Below, piece after piece: positions 24,094-38,035 of a DNA stretch of 64,000 nucleotides. The stretch is from NCBI RefSeq assembly GCF_036588685.1, contig NC_086373.1:73842001-73906000 (forward strand), read 5' to 3'. Within the stretch, counting starts at the first letter, position 1. Every line of letters starts with the position of its first letter. The notes below the pieces were generated by a model. The model ran no database searches. It was not told where the DNA came from and saw nothing but the letters and a program-made list of their open reading frames with translations. The position numbers and the translations under genes are program-made. The DNA comes from Mytilus trossulus. Its lineage: Eukaryota.

Positions 24094-27000
24094 ATTCAGT
24101 TGAGTCCTTTCTTCTTTGTATCCATATAGCAACCTTGCAAATCTTTATACACAATACTTGCCCTACATGTACTTAGTTCAAAAATACTATTTTATTTATT
24201 TGTGTTTACTGGGTTTGTTTAATTTTAGTTTTGAAAGTAATAGGATGTTCACATTGATCCAAATATAAATTTTCTATTTGATGATGCATTGAAATCACTT
24301 AATGATTTGAATTTTTAATTACATAAAAATTCATTTGCTTTGTCATTACATTTTATTATAAGTTTACCAAGATATTGTCAAGGTACATGTAAATAAAGCT
24401 TAATTAAACATGTATAGTTGTATGTAAAATATATATTTCTAATCTATACCAATATTTAATCCTCTTAATGGTTTAGTTTCTCTAAAGCTAACATTATATC
24501 CAATGCTATTGATTGCTATTTCCAAAGCAAAGACGTCATACATGTATGTATCGATACCATCAGTAAGCCATTAATGTTTATATTTGTTTATAGAAATTAA
24601 AAATAAGCTTGTCTGATTATAACCCTTGCTTTTAAAACGTATTACATTATTTATGTGTTATGATCCATGAATTATTGTTACAAGATTTAACTAAGTATTC
24701 AATTTTCCATTTTGAATTATGGTCTATTGTTTATAAGGGTCGGTGGTTGTGTTGAATTTAAAACTTATTTATAGCTTGCTACACAGGGGGATATAAGTTT
24801 TACATGATAAACATTAATTCTGCCAACCATGTAATTGTTTCAACAATTTAATCGCTCATCTGTGTGCACTTATCTTACCAGAATTTACAGAAAGGTCTCA
24901 ACAGCCATGTTAGAAACAATGGACACAATTTAACTCCTGCATTGGAAGGGCTGCTTGGTTATCGATTTGTCATGTTCGTGTTTAGAAATATTTTGTCCTT
25001 TAATTATCAGCTTAATTAGTACAAATGATTATTTGTTAGTTACAAGTCTTTATACTGCCAAGTTCTAATTGATTTTAGGCTTATAATTCCCTATGAACCT
25101 TTCCTGTTATGATTTATTCCCATAAATTGTGATGTACATAAATCAGGATACATTCACAGGTCATTAAATATGGTGTTATATCACGTTCAAAGTACTTAGG
25201 ATCAGTTATAGAACATCTACCGGTATATTATTGACTCTTTCCTAACTTAAAAGGCATTAAAATCTCCTTTTTATAATAATCAGAAAGTATAGATATTTAG
25301 ATGTAGTTTGGAAAAGTCTCTGGCTTTGGCCAGAACAATTGCTTGAGTTGATAGTGATGGCATGTCCTGTTTGAAAATAAATGAGATTATTAATGGTGAA
25401 TAAGAAAAAAATATATAATTGCACCTGGTCATTGAAAAAACATAGTCCAACTAAATAAGATAATATAATTCATCTTTTGCTGTAAAAATAAGTGATGAAA
25501 GTCTGATTTTGTGCTGGTAAACAAAAATCAAATTTAGAACACTACAAAATTAGTATACTCTAAGATATTAATTTCTTTTATTTACAGATTTTCCTGTTGG
25601 AGCAGTATACAGTTTACCAGTAGACAGACCTGACCAAAGATAACATTACATGTATAACATGTTGAAGAAAGACAATATCACTGTGTTTTGATTTTATTCC
25701 TTTCTTGAGCTTCAATAGATCATTGTACTATATATTAGCCAGAGTATTTGTGGTATTTGGATTTGCTTATATTGGGTGCTAATTGGTATGCTAACTAGAA
25801 ACAGATTTTTTAAACAAATTGTTCCATAAAAATTAGTAGGGAGCATTTTGAAGGCATACTTGGTGTATGTGTGGAACATAACAGATTGGGTTACAATTCA
25901 CTGTGAAATCTTTCCATGGAAGAATAACACTTGCAACATGACACCCTAAACAGGGACTGTCTGCAATGTTTAGAAAAATGTATTTTAAGTTCAATTATGT
26001 CTCTTCGAAAACAAGAAACAATGTCAGAATTTTACTTTGTCAAAACAGAAAAAATCAAAAAACTAACAATCTGTAAGAAACAAAGGAAAAGTTTCAGCGA
26101 CAAATTGTTCCTACATAAAGACAATCTGAGACATTGAAAGTGATGCTGTATTATAACATTTTATGGACATTTTTTACTGAGTCGCTTAAAGACTGTCTTA
26201 CAGATTATCTTATTGTTAAAAAGACTTAAAGTCTATTAGAGACTGCAAGGTCAGCTCATTTAAAGTGTAAACTATATATATTATTTAATTAAGATTTAAT
26301 ATGATATAATCAGTTTGGAATTATAATAGCAAAACTGTGTACTCCAGTGCAAAGATTTTATATACAAGATATAAGATGTTTTATTGAGCCAATTATGGCA
26401 CCCAATGCTGATCATAGTTCATAACAAAACAAAATATATACATTAAACAAAATTTAAATTTTTGATTAACAATTATTAGTTAGAATGAAATGACAAAATA
26501 AAACATAAATCGTGATGTAGTAGTAAGAAGTTACATTCTCATTTTCCCATTTAAAAATCTAGACTGTGTAGGCTGTTAATGACAAGAAGATAGCATCCTT
26601 CCTTGAATAAAGCATTTTGTCCTTAGAGAATGCTAGGTTAAGTTTGGTCTTTTTTCATTTCTTGATATTCATTGAAAAAACGTACTATCGACTCAACAAT
26701 ATTAAATGCTTTTTGTTATTTGCATAGGCAGCTAAAACAAAGATTTGATGATAATAAAGTTAACTAAGACAATATTTAAGCATTATGTTGCTAATTGTTT
26801 CCTAGATATAAAATTAACAGTATTGTGTTTGTTTTGGTTTCTCAACAATCACTTCCTGTAAGTTTCCAGAGTCAATAAAAGTACCCGACCTAGTTTTTAT
26901 GTAGTGGTCTAATTGAAAAATGACTACCATTTCCTCTATTTATTACAATTGTTTTCGTGTAGAGACCAAGTGGTGTGATTGATTTTTTTTTCTTACAGAA

Positions 27001-29388
27001 TTTCTTTGACCTTTAGATGTAGTTAATGTAAGGAAGACATAAATTATGGATATAAGTAATTAGTTTAATGGCGTAATCTGTTTTATGCAACCCTATTAAA
27101 GTGTTGTTCCATGCTAGATATGAACAGTCATGGTCATTTGGGGTATAACTAAATAAAGATTTTGTGCAATTAGAAAAAGAATTTTTCAACAAGCATATTT
27201 ATTGATTTTTTTCAACATTAAGCTTTCTATAAAGTAAAGTATTATGTGATCTACTATGTGTTAGTCTTGTCTGGCATACAGACCTGAAGAATATGACATG
27301 ATTTACCCAGCATGCATTGTATGCTAGTTGAAGCTGTCCTATGGGATCATAGAAATTTTGAACATAAATAGACTTTCTTGTTTAAGTCGTTAGTATTATT
27401 TAAAAAAAAAAAATCACATTTTGTTATGAGGGCTTTAACAGCTAACTATACACGTAACAGTATGGATTTTGTTCATTATCAAAGGAAGAAATTGGCCTAT
27501 CCACATCATGTGGACTCAAAAAGACAGTTGTCTCATTTGCAATCAATCACACCACATATCATATCTCTTGTGGGTATTTGTCTTACGACAGTAGTACCAC
27601 ATCTCCTTATTAACAATACAAGTCAGCTGCTCTAATTGATCAGGCAAGACATTTTGCTTGAAATGCAATGTATTAAGACTCCTCACAAATCTGTATCCAT
27701 TCTTTAATATTTTTTTTGTTTTACTGAAAATGTTTAAATAATATAAAGCTTTCAAACTGTAGAAGGTTGCATTGTAAATAATTCATATCATTAGGTTAAA
27801 GAATCCTATATGCAAATTACGCATACTTGTGTTGCTTCTTGATATATTGTTACTAATGTACACAGCAACTGTGATGTATAGATATATGTATACTACATTG
27901 ATCAGAGACTGTAGACAGATTGATTTTTGTTTAATTACCTTTTTATAATCATGTTTAAACAACTAAAAGTATATATTAAATATTATTTAAGGGATTTAAA
28001 TGATTTAGCTTTGTTCATTTTAATAAGAATGTGCTGTATTTTATTGAACGGAATCTCTATGAAGCATTGTACTGTTAAGATATTCTTTGATCTGGGAACA
28101 AAATTTTGATTACTGATTAGACCTAAGCAATTCTTTTCTTTGCTTTATTTTTCCCAGTCAGTATGAAGGATTTTCATGTTTCTTAAGTATTACTTTAGTC
28201 ACAGAACAAAACTAGTTTAAATATTTTTCATTTTTCACTGTTTTATGTATGTCATTTTTATTCCCAAATTTTCTAGGAAAAGAGAGTAGAGCATGTACTG
28301 CTATCTTTTAAATTTGGTTTAGTTTTGCATTCTATGGATGATTAAACTCAGATTTAATTATTGGAACTAACATTTTGTTCAATTTTCTAGATTACCATCA
28401 TATTCCTATAACATTGCAAAAAATAAATAATTCTGTTTTTGCTAAAGTTTCTTTTGTTATTTATTGCATATAAGTCCTAGTCATAGCTTATTCACAAATA
28501 TATCTATAGAAGATAGGGCAACTACCCTAAGTCTTTTAATGTTGCTGATAATAATCTTGATGTTGTAAGCATTTATAATGAAAAACCATTTGGTTAACCA
28601 ACAATAGTGCCAATACTTGTTCAGTATTAAAACTTACTTCAGCATTTTAAACATTATTACACTGATTCTATATTTTATTTTGTTTTTGAATTATTCAGAA
28701 TTCATTTTCAAACATATTTTGATTCCAATAGATGAACAATAGTTTTGTTAGTGACACTGGGAATTTTAGTTTTCACGCTGTTGCTGGCATTATCAGCAGT
28801 GTCTATTGCTTATTATTTTTTGTTTTATCTAAATGAGTAGAACCATACAATAAAGAAATTGTCCTTATATGTACTTTTCGAAACACTGACTTAAGTGGTT
28901 GCATCACATTGTGGAAGTTGTACCCTTTGTAAAGTATACTCACATGTTTGTTTCAAATGGGAATTATTTTTTTTGCAACTGAAGAAGAACTATATATACT
29001 TCATTATATTGGCAAATGAAATATTGCATCATGTACAACTATCATTATCATTTTAACCAAGCTACCGAAATTCAAAGTAATTACTTTATAAGAATAAGTT
29101 AAGTGATGATCATGTCCACTCCAATAAAGATACAGTTATATGGGCTATAGCAGTTTTTCAAATTATTTGCTTTTTTGAAAGTTTTTGGAGTCAAGACATT
29201 TATTGCTATATAGATTTTGGAAATTTAACTTTTTCACAGTTTTTAGTCTTTACTTTATTAACATACTTCACCCCCTTTTCACTTATCATTTCAGCTATTT
29301 TCCTGAGTATGTGATAACAATTATTGCAGGAAACTGAAGGATATAAACTTTTTTATCATAGCTGTTTTAATATATTTATTACATAAAC

Positions 29389-29545
29389 CATAGGCGAACC
29401 AAGGAGGGGGGTTCCTGGGACCCCTCTTTTGTGAGGAAAATTCAGTTGGTTATATAGGGAAATAGGGAAGCATGAATGTATCGGGCCCCCACATAGGTCA
29501 GTCAGTGGGCCCCTCTTTATGAAAAGTTCTGGATTTGGATCCGTG
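29389..29545. mobile_element. Short GC-rich element, inverted relative of 18530-18683
   Basis: GGTCAGTCAGTGGGCCCC and TTGGTTATATAGGGAA are reverse complements of motifs in the 18530 copy. Confidence 0.6.
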
Positions 29546-32500
29546 AATGTAAACTTTTGGATGATTTTAACCTGCAACATTAAATGGTCTAAGCTTTGTG
29601 ATAATTCCTCAGATCAGTAATTAAGTAAAACTACGTTTATACACAATTTTGAGAATAACTCTTACAATTTTGTACATATTTAGCTGTACTAATGTACTGT
29701 TTTTATGTTTGAGAATAACTCTACAATTTTGCACATATTTAGCTGTACTGAAGTACTGGTTTTATGTTTGCTTTATTTATTGTCTTTCTGTAAGATAAAA
29801 TGTATTATAAGAGACAAATGTTTATATGCATCTCAAACTAAGCCTTTGTTCATCATGACTCAAAGTGCTAAAGTCAATTGTTTTCTATTATTTATACTGG
29901 TTTGTTTTAAAATAGAATTGTTATTAGATAAATAAACCATTTGTTCATCGCAGCACAGTGTGTATTGACTTGTTTTTATTACCCAGAACTGGAGATCAAT
30001 TTTCTTCAATGAGTCTTGATATTAATAGTTGGGTTAGTATCTGTAATTATTATTGGAAAGGAGATATAGACGGGTAAATAATGGCCATTTTGATGTACTG
30101 ATTTGATATGATAAGCAACAACAGACATGCTGTAATGGATGAAATATCCTATTTTATAGTATTAAGGATGCAAGTTCTATTTATGTTTCGATAATTTTTT
30201 TTGTTATCAAATTAACTTTACCTTCTATATGTGTATAGAAAATTTTACATGATAATTTTAATCTCTAATCTCTTATTTTGATTTAAGGGTAGGCAAGATC
30301 GGAACACATTTAACATTGACTACCAAATATCTAACAACAACACTAAATTATATATTGTATTAAACACTTTAAAAGGGGGAAGGAGGCGTGTTATTACATT
30401 TTTTGGAAATAAAAGCACTGAATTGTACAATCCAGAAAACAGAAAAGTTTTTCCGTTGATCACGAAATATTCTGAAGTCTTTTAAGTAATTCTATCGTCC
30501 AGTAAAATATTTTTCTTCCCTTCACTTGAGATAGAATTTGATTGAAATGCCAACTTGTGTCTTCACGTCACTTACAAAGTTCTAATAATGCTTTCTATTT
30601 TCTGCTTTGATGAACATTTTTGGGATCTTACAGTTTTCATTTAAAGTTTGGAGTTTTAAATTTCAATTCTGGACAAAGTCGTCTAAACACAGAGTAAAAT
30701 AAAGCAATTTCAGGTTTAAGGAAGTGAAGCATGGCTGTAGGATCTGAACTTATAAGTCATTACAATTATTGACCAGGTTCTTGACTAGGGACTACAATCG
30801 TGACAAGGGCCAAATCGTGCAGTACATGCCTAGATCATGAAAGTTGGCAAGTATGGGGACAAGGACATTTGTATTTAGCATTTTGTGCACTTAATTTAAA
30901 TCAAATCTGCTCATGTGCTTTGTGTGCTTACCAATAGATATGAGTAATCCAATTGTATAAGTAATTGGAGAATAAATAGATGGAGGTGACAGCTTTTCCT
31001 GGGCATAATTTAAGTGCTTGGTCCAGTTAAATATATTTTGCTTACAAATACTAAATATTATAAGTGCAGACTTGATTACATATGATGAAGTAACACACAA
31101 CAGATAAATTTTCAATGACACATTTATATGATGTAGGTCTTCATCTTTGACACGTTCTGCTACTTTTTAGCTCATATGACCCAAGAAAACGTCAATATTT
31201 TCTACACCTGAATGGCAATTTGACTTTGAGTAACTTAGTTGCATAACTGACACAAATAGCAAGGATGATCTATTACATTACTATGCATCATGATAAGCAA
31301 AAATCTACTACCCTGAAATTACAGAGCAGACAGAGAGTAAACGACTGCAATCATGTCATGGTTGTCTTGTTTCATAATCATATTTCTTATTAAGTAATGA
31401 CCTTCAATTATAGAATATGTCATATGGATGCATCAAAGGTCTTTAGTAGTATTTCATGAAAATTTAATCATGACCTATATTTTTGTTTCTTTTCTGTGTA
31501 TCAAGCTTAACAGTCAAGGTCAAATTTTGGATACGAAGTGACCTACAATCATGTAAATCGGTGTATGGATACATTTATGGTATTACAGTAGCATCTTCGA
31601 AGGGTGTGGAACTCTGATATTTTATTGAAGGCTCAGTCCAGAACACCCACTGTTCTGGTCCAGAACAGTGGACTTTCTCCTTTTTCAGTGGAATAACAGA
31701 CAAACAAACAAAACAATACTTGTATGCTTTCATGTAATTTTTTATTGTTAGGTTAAGTCAACACGATATGTGACCTACAAGCCACCGTAGTCTTTCTTGC
31801 AAAATGTAAAAACAAAACTTAAGCACTATCGTAACGGTCGAGAATTGAGATACTGCATGGTCAGGGCAAGGCTTTCTGTACCCATTATCATCAAATGTTC
31901 CGTAAATATATGATATCCCGTCTTTATGGGGACGAAAACTCTAACTAATGATTTAACAGTATTACATCGATTACTCTCATTGAAATCTAATTCTACAGAC
32001 ACGAGCATAGCGAACGAGTTGGAATTATACTAGATAGGTATCAATTCGTTCTATAACAACTTATAATTTGTTTATTCCGAAGGCATAGTGAAGATTTTAC
32101 AGTAGGGACAAACCTGCGAAATCACGACACACCCCATTAAAATGATACATCGCCCAAAAAGGGAAAATAACAATAGAGAACGAAATTTTTTCTCTTTTAT
32201 CAAGAATTTGCCCGTTTGAAAGTGAAATGTCAATTTCTATCCGGAAAAGGAAATACTACATTGATTTAAGTAAATTTCCCCTGGGTAAATTTTGCGCAGT
32301 ATGATAAGAAAAATCTTGAGTATCTTGAGCAAAATTATCACCAAGTTAACGATAAGTGTTATTAAATTGATCAATTGAATGGAATTAAGACGAATCTTTA
32401 CTCAGCTAGGCCAATGAGCGCATTTATAATATCCTAAATGCACTTAGGGCATACAAGACACATAAATCATACATAGCAAATACATATGGAACACAGAAAC

Positions 32501-32960
32501 ATCAAGCTAAAAGCATTATTTACGATTATTTGTAAGAAGTTATACTGTTGATAATGTTTTCAGAAACTTCTGAAAATAAAGTTACGAACATTTTAAACAT
32601 GCAATACAAGTGCGTGTTTTACCATTCCAAAAAAACAAATGTGAGGATTTTGAACTGATACAGTAGTTTTGATTCCTTCATAAAGATAATTCCAGAAAAC
32701 TTGGACAGTATATTCCAGAGATTGTCTCTGTTCCTTATTGCCTTAAAATTTGAAGTAAATTAGTATATCTACAAAATCAACACAAACAAATCTGATAAAA
32801 CAGATGGTGCTAAAGTCATTCGTTATGTTAAGTTTCCACATACATTATTCTGATATCTGATCCGTCAATATCCAATATGTAAGATAGATATTTAAGATTA
32901 TTATATGGTATTTTACATTGCAATTATACTGTACACATCTTAATGTTATTTCCTGTATTT

Positions 32961-34901
32961 TTATACGACCGCAAATTTTGAAAAAAATTTTCGTCGTATA
33001 TTGCTATCACGTTGGCGTCGTCGTCGTCCGAATACTTTTAGTTTTCGCACTCTAACTTTAGTAAAAGTGAATAGAAATCTATGAAATTTTAACACAAGGT
33101 TTATGACCATAAAAGGAAGGCTGGTATTGATTTTGGGAGTTTTGGTCCCAACATTTTAGGAATTAGGGGCCAAAAAGGGCCCAAATAAGCATTTTCTTGG
33201 TTTTCGCACTATAACTTTAGTTTAAGTTAATAGAAATCTATGAAATTGTGACACAAGGTTTATGACCACAAAAGAAAGGTCGGGATTGATTTTGGGAGTT
33301 TTGGTTTCAACAGTTTATGAATTAGGGGCCCAAAAAGGGCCCAAATAAGCATTATTCTTGGTTTTCGCACTCTAACTTTAGTTAAAGTAAATAGAAATCA
33401 AAGAAATTTAAACACAATGTTTATGACCACAAAAGGAAGGTTGGTATTGATTTTGGGAGTTTCGATCCCAACAGTTTAGGAATTAGGGGCCAAAAAGGGA
33501 CCCAAATAAGCATTTTTCTTGGTTTTTGCACCATAGCGTTAGTATAAGTAAATAGAAATCTATGAAATTTAAACACAAGGTTTATGACTATAAAAGGAAG
33601 GTTGGTATTGATTTTGGGAGTGTTGGTCCCAACAGTTAAGGAAAAAGGGGCCCAAAGGGTCCAAAATTAAACTTTGTTTGATTTCATCAAAATTGAATAA
33701 TTGGGGTTCTTTAATATGCCGAATCTAACTGTGTATGTAGATTCTTAATTTTTGGTCCCGTTTTCAAATTGGTCTACATTAAGGTCCAAAGGGTCCAAAA
33801 TTAAACTTAGTTTGATTTTAACAAAAATTGAAACCTTGGGATTCTTTGGTATGCTGAATCTAAAAATGTACTTAGATTTTTGATTATTGGCCCAGTTTTC
33901 AAGTTGGCCCAAATCGAGGTCCAAAATTTAAACATTGTTTGATTTCATCAAAAATTGAATAATTGGGGTTCTTTGATATGCCAAATCTAACTGTGTATGT
34001 AGATTCTTAATTTTTGGTCCAGTTTTAAAATTGGTCTAAATTAAAATGCAAAGGGTCCAAATTAAACTAAGTTTGATTTTAACAAAAATTAAATTCTTGG
34101 GCCTCTTTAATATGCTGAATCTAAACATGTACTTAGATTTTTGATTATGGGCCCAGTTTTCAAGTTGGTCCAAATCAGGATCTAAAATTATTATATTAAG
34201 TATTGTGCAATAGCAAGTCTTTTCAATTGCACAGTATTGTGCAATGGCAAGAAATATCTAATTTCACAATATTGTGAAATAGCAAATTTTTTTTAATTAA
34301 GAGTTATCTTTCTTTGTCCAGTATAGTAAGCAAGAAATATCTGCAAGAATTTTTTTTAATTGGAGTTATCTTTCTTTGTCCAGAATCAACTTAAATCTTT
34401 GTTATATACAATATTCAATGTATATTCACTTTTTACTACCAACTGATAAATTTAAATAATCTTTACCATTCAGTGATAACAAGGAGTTTTTTTACATCTT
34501 AATATTTTATGATGTATTTAAATGAGTAGTAATTGTTGCAAACTCCATTAGAATATTTTAATTGAAATTAGTTTTGGAATAAGGGAAAGGGGGATGTGAT
34601 TAAAAAATTGGGTTCAATTTTTTTCCTTTGAAATTTCATAAATAAAAAGAAAATTTCTTCAAACATTTTTTTGAGAGGATTAATATTCAACAGCATAGTG
34701 AATTGCTCTAAGAGAAAACAAAAATTTTAAGTTCATTTGAATACATTCATTCTGTGTCAGAAACCTATGCTGTGTCAACTATTTAATCACAATCCAAATT
34801 TAGAGCGGAATCCAGCTTGAATGTTGTGTCCATACTTGCCCCAACCGTTCAGGGTTCAACCTCTGCGGTCGTATAAAGCTACGCCCTGCGGAGCATCTGG
34901 T
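32961..34901 (+). mobile_element. HINE family B, second full-length copy
   Basis: Collinear with 13906-15878, same termini, shorter (GTC)n, inserted in a T run. Confidence 0.88.
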
Positions 34902-34957
34902 TCTATGTTCTTTTTATGGCAATAATTAAGTTAGACGTTGTTAAAGTACGTACAATA

Positions 34958-36062
34958 GGCGTCGTAGTAACCTTTTTGCCTAAAGCTTTATATTTCAAAT
35001 GGTAGTAGACCTAGATACTTGTTTGCTGATACCTGACATTACGAACTTGTTTTCTTCTGTCATTTGTCCATCATCCTTGACCTTATTTCCATTGTGCAGT
35101 AACTGTATGTGTATGTATGTGTACATGTTCGTCAGATATGAGGGGGGAATACCTTTTTGTGTTAACCTGTTTTGACCCTTTTCAAGGTGTTGTTAACTGT
35201 TATCTGAGATCAATTAAAGTTGTTAACTGTTTTCAGCATTTTTGCATTTCTTGTTAACTGTTTTGGCCAAAATCGAGGTGTTTTCAACATGTTAACGGAC
35301 CCCCTATTGCTCCACCCTCAGAACAAGGTTGACCTCGACCTCATTTGATCAGTAATCAAGGTTAAAGTAACGTGAATAGGTGTGTTTCTCAAATACTAAA
35401 AGCAGTCACTGTAGGTCAACTACGTTGTAAGGGGCACATACTAGTAAATGGCAAATTTCATCTGACCTTGAACTTACTTTCATGGTTCACAGGTATAAAC
35501 TAACCTTGACATCATTATAAAAGTGCATTGGTAAATGTTATTTTTTTGTGTTTTGCCTCATTTTTTTCGAAAACTATAATCAGTAGGTCAGCTATATTTC
35601 GTGTGTAAAATGTTTATAAGATATATGTCTGTCTGGCAAATATGATCTGACCTTCTAATTATTTTCATGGTTGATTGGTCAATTTTAAGTTTTTTTTATC
35701 GGTTTGTATTATAAATATATGTACTTTGATATTAGATCAACAATATTCCAGTGGTGTATGAAATGATTGTTAGGTATGTATGTCTGTCATCCGGTTAAAT
35801 CTGACCTTGACCTCATGTCAATGGTTCATTGGTCAATTGTAAGCTTTTTGAGTTTTGGTCTATTTTTCGATTACCATAATCAATAGGTCAACTGTAGTGG
35901 AATACATATAAGATGTACATGTCTGTCTGGCAGGATGTATCTGACCTTGACCCCATTGTCATGTATCTTAAAACGTGTTGGATAACATTTACTTTTAAGA
36001 CTTTCAACATCAACTCAATGATCAGTAAAGTTGTCGAGACATTTCAGCGAGCATGTACATTT
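34958..36062 (+). mobile_element. Degenerate HINE family C copy carrying a small MITE at 35139-35320
   Basis: Repeated TCTGACCTTGACC/CATGGTTCA units, inverse of 37286-38035. The internal element has TGAGGG...CCCTCA ends and repeated TGTTAACTGTT motifs. Confidence 0.6.
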
Positions 36063-36450
36063 TTAGTGCTATATCTCATCCACCTGATTAATACCGGATT
36101 ATAGGAGAAGCCGCAGAGAATATATATATATTTGGATCTAACATTGTTGGGTTGATGTTGACGAATTATATATACAGGACGTATTGTCAGCCTTGTATCA
36201 CCATCACTGCTGGTGATTCGATGGATAATTCTGTTGTAGAGTTGTCACTGGTTTAGACGTACTTATAAATATAATTATTTCTGTGACTGTACCTTGCATT
36301 AATTTGTAGAATCCCTAACAATAGATAATTCAGCTGATCTGTAACAATTCCATCTTTATGCCTTATATATCATGTTCTGTATTACGACGCTAGATTAAAA
36401 CTGACGAGGAATGGTAACACCCAGCCACCGAACGCTTTACTATATGAGAA

Positions 36451-36545
36451 GCCTAGGTAGCCGAGTGGTCTAGCGTATCGGATACAGTGCAAGGCGATTT
36501 GATGTCACGATATCTCAGAAGCATGAGTTCGAACCCCGGAAAGGG
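36451..36545 (+). mobile_element. tRNA-derived (Pol III) SINE-like head within a larger repeat (36136-36650)
   Basis: A box TAGCCGAGTGG (36458) and B box GAGTTCGAACCC (36525); the spacing is too long for a normal tRNA and I could not fold a clean cloverleaf. Confidence 0.7.
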
Positions 36546-37285
36546 AATAGCAAAAAATTTACGAAAGCAAATTTACAGAACTAACATTAGCCCAACAATA
36601 CTAGTATTTGAAAGCAAATTTACAGATCTAACATTGTTGGGCTGATGTTTCCAAACACTATTAGATCTGTATATTTGTTCTTTGTTGGCGCAATCAGGAT
36701 AACATTATGGCAGTCCGACAATTTTACCAGTAGGAAAATTCAACTTGAGTCTTCATAAAAGTGTTTCAAATTTCTTACACATGATGCCCCCCCCCCCCCC
36801 TAAAACATTGTAGGTCAACTGATAAGATTTGACAATTATAATACAGTCAATAATATCTAGTAATGTTTCCCATTTAGTCAGGCATGACAGATCATAATGT
36901 GTACTGATCTCCAATCAACATATAATTGATCCGTTTAAGATATTTCTGATTTGAATTATGAATTTATATCAATGTCAAACATACAGAAATTGACTAAAAC
37001 GACATCAATTTACACAACCAAAACGAATTTCCGGACAAAAATAGAAATAGTTGTATAATTTTTTAATTAACCAAGAGCGCAATTTCCTGAAAGGGTGCTT
37101 AATTCCAGAATACAGTAGATATACAAAAGCAAGGCGATAAATATGTTAGACGAATTTGTGCTTTAACAATCATGCCGTCAACCGCCACCCCAATATCCCC
37201 AGGCGGTCCGTCACTGGTATATAAATTCCCAACCAAATATATTATACTCATCATGTTAATGTGACATCATGTATACCATCACTTT

Positions 37286-38035
37286 AACAAGAGTGCACAC
37301 CCTGAAATGTTTCGTCTTCTTTATTTATCATTGATATTATGTTGATAGTTCTGCATATAAAGCTTTATTACAACTGTCACATAAATTTAACCATGACAAA
37401 TAAAAGTAAACATTGGCCAATAAACCATGAAAATGAGGTCAAGGTCCGATGAACCATGCCAGCCAGCCATGTACGGCTAACAATTCTTCCATACAACAAA
37501 TATAGTAGACCTATTGCATACTGTATAAGAATAACAGACCAAACACAAAAACTTAACAATAACCACTGAACCATGAAAATGAGATCAAGGTCAGATGACA
37601 CCTTGCCAGTTGGATATGGACATCTTACAGTCCTTCTATACACCAAATATAATAGACTTATTGCTCATAGTATCTGAATTATGGACTTGACCACCAAAAC
37701 TTAACCGTGTTCACTGATCCATGAAATGAGGTCGAGGTCAGTTGAAAACTGTCTGACGGATACGAGGACCTTGCAAGGTACTTACATACCAAATATAGTT
37801 ATCCTTTCACTTATTACAAGAGAGAATTTAACCTTACAAAACATCTTAACCTTATTTTCAAGTAGTCACTGAACCATGAAAATGAGTTCAAGGACATTGG
37901 ACATGTGACTGACGAAAACTTCGTAACATGAGGCATCTATATACAAAGTATGAAGCATCCAGGTCTAACGCTGCCGCCGCCGGATCACTATCCCTATGCC
38001 GAACATTCTGCAACAAAAGTCGCAGGCTCGACAAA
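37286..38035 (-). mobile_element. HINE family C, near-complete, reverse orientation
   Basis: Tandem GAACCATGAAAATGAGGTCAAGG units, (GCC)n tract, and 5'-end inverted repeat ...CTGCAAC-AAAA-GTCGCAGGCTCGACAAAAA; matches 39655-40183. Confidence 0.75.

Noticed and set aside
36451-36545. Functional tRNA gene
   Set aside because: A/B boxes are present, but the spacing is long, no coherent cloverleaf could be formed and it is embedded in a repeat; treated as a SINE-like head.
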